Source: Anaeramoeba ignava BMAN (lineage: Eukaryota > Protista > Anaeramoebae). Taken from it: DNA of 64,000 nt. The stretch spans positions 1-64,000 of the forward strand of contig JAPDFW010000077.1 of NCBI GenBank assembly GCA_028826165.1, in the 5' to 3' direction. Both the position numbers and the translations under genes were made by a program. The notes beneath the pieces were generated by a model. It worked only from the letters and a program-made list of their open reading frames with translations. It had not been told where the DNA came from and did no database searches. Shown here one piece after another: positions 61,101 to 64,000 of this stretch; the first letter of the stretch is position 1; the number at the start of each line of letters is the position of its first letter.

Positions 61101-64000
61101 ATTTTGATTCTGATTTTGATTTTGATTTTGAAATTGATTTTGATTCTGATTTTGATTCTGATTTTGATTTTGATTTTGAAGTTGTTTTGGATTTTGATTT
61201 TGATTTTGAATTTGAAATTGATTTTGATTTTGATTTTGATTTTGATTTTGATTTTGAATTTGATTTTGATTTTGATTTTGATTTTGATTTTGATTTGATT
61301 TTGATTTTGATTTTGATTTTGATTTTGATTTTGATTTTGATTTTGATTTTGATTTTGAAATTGATTTTGATTTTGATTTTGATTTTGATTTTGAATTTGA
61401 TTTTGATTTTGATTTTGATTTCGAAATTGATTTTGATTTTGATTTTGAAATTGATTTTGATTCTGATTTTGATTTTGATTTTGAAATTGATTTTGATTTT
61501 GATTTTGATTTTGATATTGATATTGATTTTGATTTTGAAATTGATTTTGATTTTGATTTTGAAATTGATTTTGATTCTGATTTTGATTCTGATTTTGATT
61601 CTGATTTTGATTTAGAAATTGATTTTGATTTTGAAGTTGATTTTGATTTTGATTTTGATTTTGATTTTGATTTTGATTTTGATTTTGATTTTGATTTAGA
61701 AATTGATTTTGATTTTGAAGTTGATTCTGATTTTGATTTTGATTTTGAATTTGAAATTGATTTTGAAATTGAAATTGATTTTGATTTTGATTTTGATTTT
61801 GATTTTGATTTTGATTTTGATTTTGATTTTGATTTTGATTTTGATTTTGATTTTGATTTTGATTTTGATTTTGATTTTGATTTTGATTTTGAAATTGATT
61901 TCGATTTTGATTTTGAAATTGATTTTGATTTTGATTTTGATTTTGAAATTGATTTTGATTTTGATTTTGATTTTGATTTTGATTTTGATTTTGGTTTTGG
62001 TTTTGATTTTGATTCTGATTTAGAAATTGATTTTGTATATTCATTGTATTTTTGTAATTCTAATTGATCTGAAGTTATATTTATATTTTGATTTTGATTT
62101 TGATTTTGATTTTCAAATTGATTTTGATTTTGATTCTGATTTAGAATTTGATTTTCAAATTGATTTTGATTTTCAAATTTATCTGGATTTGTGTTTATGT
62201 TTGATCTTGAAAAATTGATTGTATGCCGATTTATATTTTGTTTTTGTATTGGAAACTTGTCTACCTTTTGATTTTGAATTTGATTTCGAAATTGAATTTG
62301 ATTTCGAAATTGAATTTGATTTTGAATTTGATTTTGATTTTGATTTCGATTTGGTCTTGGTTTTTGAATTTGATTTTGATCTTGATTGAATCTATCCAGA
62401 ATTGCGCTAAATTTCTTTGGATTTGCTTTTGTATTGATATTTTGATTTTGATTTTGATTTTGATTTTGATTTGTATTTGAATTTGGATTTGGACTTTTAT
62501 TTGGACTTTTATTTGGACTTTCTCTTGGCCTTGATGGTGGTCTTGATGGTGGTCTTGATGGTGATTTTATATTTTGATTTTGATTTTGATTTTGATTTAT
62601 ATTTTGATTTGGACTTGAATTTGGATTTTGATTTAAATATTGATTTGTATTTGAATTTGGATTTGGACTTTTATTTGGACTTTTATTTGGACTTTCTCTT
62701 GGTCTTGATGGTGGTCTTGATGTTGGTCTTATATTTTGATTTTGATTTTGATTTTGGTTTTGGTTTTGATTTTGATTTTGATTTATATTTTGATTTGGAC
62801 TTGAATTTGGATTTTGATTTAAATATTGATTTATATTTGAATTTGAATTTGGACTTTTATTTGGACTTTTATTTGGACTTTCTCTTGGTCTTGATGGTGG
62901 TCTTGATGTTGGTCTTATATTTTGATTTTGATTTTGGTTTTGGTTTTGATTTTGATTTTGATTTATATTTTTATTTGGACTTGAATTTAAATATTGATTT
63001 ATATTTGAATTTGAATTTGGACTTTTATTTGGATTTTTATTTGGACTTTCTCTTGGTCTTGATGGTGGTCTTGATGTTGGTCTTGATGGTGGTCTTGATG
63101 TTGGTCTTATATTTTGATTTTGATTTTGATTTTCAAATTGAATTTGATTTTGATTCTGATTTAGAATTTGATTTTCAAATTGATTTTGATTTTCAAATTT
63201 ATCTGGATTTGTGTTTATGTTTGATCTTGAAAAATCGATTGTATGCCGATTTATATTTTGTTTTTGTATTGGAAACTTGTTTACATTTTGTTTTTGATTT
63301 TGATTTCGAAATTGAATTTGATTTTGATTTTGATTTTGATTTTGATTTTGATTTTGATTTTGATTTTGGTTTTGATTTTGATTTTGATTTTGATTTTGAT
63401 TTATATTTTTATTTGGACTTGAATTTGGATTTTGATTTAAATATTGATTTGTATTTGAATTTGGATTTGGACTTTTATTTGGACTTTTATTTGGACTTTC
63501 TCTTGGTCTTGATGGTGGTCTTGATGTTGGTCTTATATTTTGATTTTGATTTTGAATTTGGTTTTGATTTTGATTTTGATTTATATTTTTATTTGGACTT
63601 GAATTTGGATTTTGATTTAAATATTGATTTATATTTGAATTTGAATTTGGACTTTTATTTGGACTTTTATTTGGACTTTCTCTTGGTCTTGATGGTGGTC
63701 TTGATGTTGGTCTTATATTTTGATTTTGATTTTGAATTTGGTTTTGATTTTGATTTTGATTTATATTTTGATTTGGACTTGAATTTGGATTTTGATTTAA
63801 ATATTGATTTATATTTGAATTTGAATTTGGACTTTTATTTGGATTTTTATTTGGACTTTCTCTTGGTCTTGATGGTGGTCTTGATGTTAGTCTTGATGTT
63901 GGTCTTGATGGTGGTCTTGATGTTGGTCTTATATTTTGATTTTGATTTTGGTTTTGGTTTTGATTTTGATTTTGATTTATATTTTTATTTGGACTTGAAT
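58124..64000 (-). CDS. CCCH zinc-finger ADP-ribosyltransferase, copy B, with >1500-aa N-terminal low-complexity region; start lies beyond the window; one frameshift near 61293
   Basis: Exon 59268-58124 is paralogous to copy A, with an intron at the same position (59348-59269). The upstream frame reads RPPSRPRESPNKSPNK repeats, then QKYNEYTKSISKS, (SK/KP)n, (SRSTS)n, and QYGYQYPNSNQFSNPNPKI at the donor. Confidence 0.75.
62085..64000 (-). repeat. Coding minisatellite: about 180-bp units with a higher-order 1020-bp duplication
   Basis: tctcttgg anchor at about 62521, 62695, 62881, 63049, 63499, 63679 and 63859; block 62085-62300 is repeated at about 63110-63320. Confidence 0.88.

Noticed and set aside
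53533-62023. Long (FD)n, (IL)n, (KI)n and (NF)n ORFs, also at 8556, 20576, 32219 and 44629
   Set aside because: Antisense or off-frame readings of hexamer microsatellites that lack stops.

Overview
Extremely AT-rich, gene-dense eukaryotic (protist) nuclear DNA with GT-AG spliceosomal introns. There is no prokaryotic, rRNA/tRNA, CRISPR or transposase signal. The mix of ANK-BTB and RCC1-BTB expansions with (NQ)n tracts resembles anaerobic metamonad amoebae such as Anaeramoeba (inference, not confirmed). I reconstructed about 20 genes, several by joining exons by hand: three ankyrin-BTB-type and three RCC1-BTB genes, a 10-exon RA/UBL-PH-PX-ankyrin-PB1 scaffold, three tandem ZIP metal transporters, a PH/coiled-coil protein, an RHBDL4-like rhomboid with an SHP box, an NYN-domain protein, aprataxin, gamma-glutamyl hydrolase, an F-box/LRR protein, a degenerate Fab1/PIKfyve, and two tandem CCCH zinc-finger mono-ADP-ribosyltransferases carrying very long (Ser-Lys)n and prion-like tracts. 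Long introns and intergenic spaces are filled with locus-specific micro/minisatellites. Several single-base frameshifts in homopolymers or repeats are probably assembly errors. The best leads are the CCCH-ART genes with KS-repeat domains, the hypervariable sensor-BTB adaptor repertoire, the PIKfyve paralog lacking PI3P-recognition motifs, a TM5 K/E switch among the ZIP paralogs, and frequent poly-A/AAG splice acceptors.
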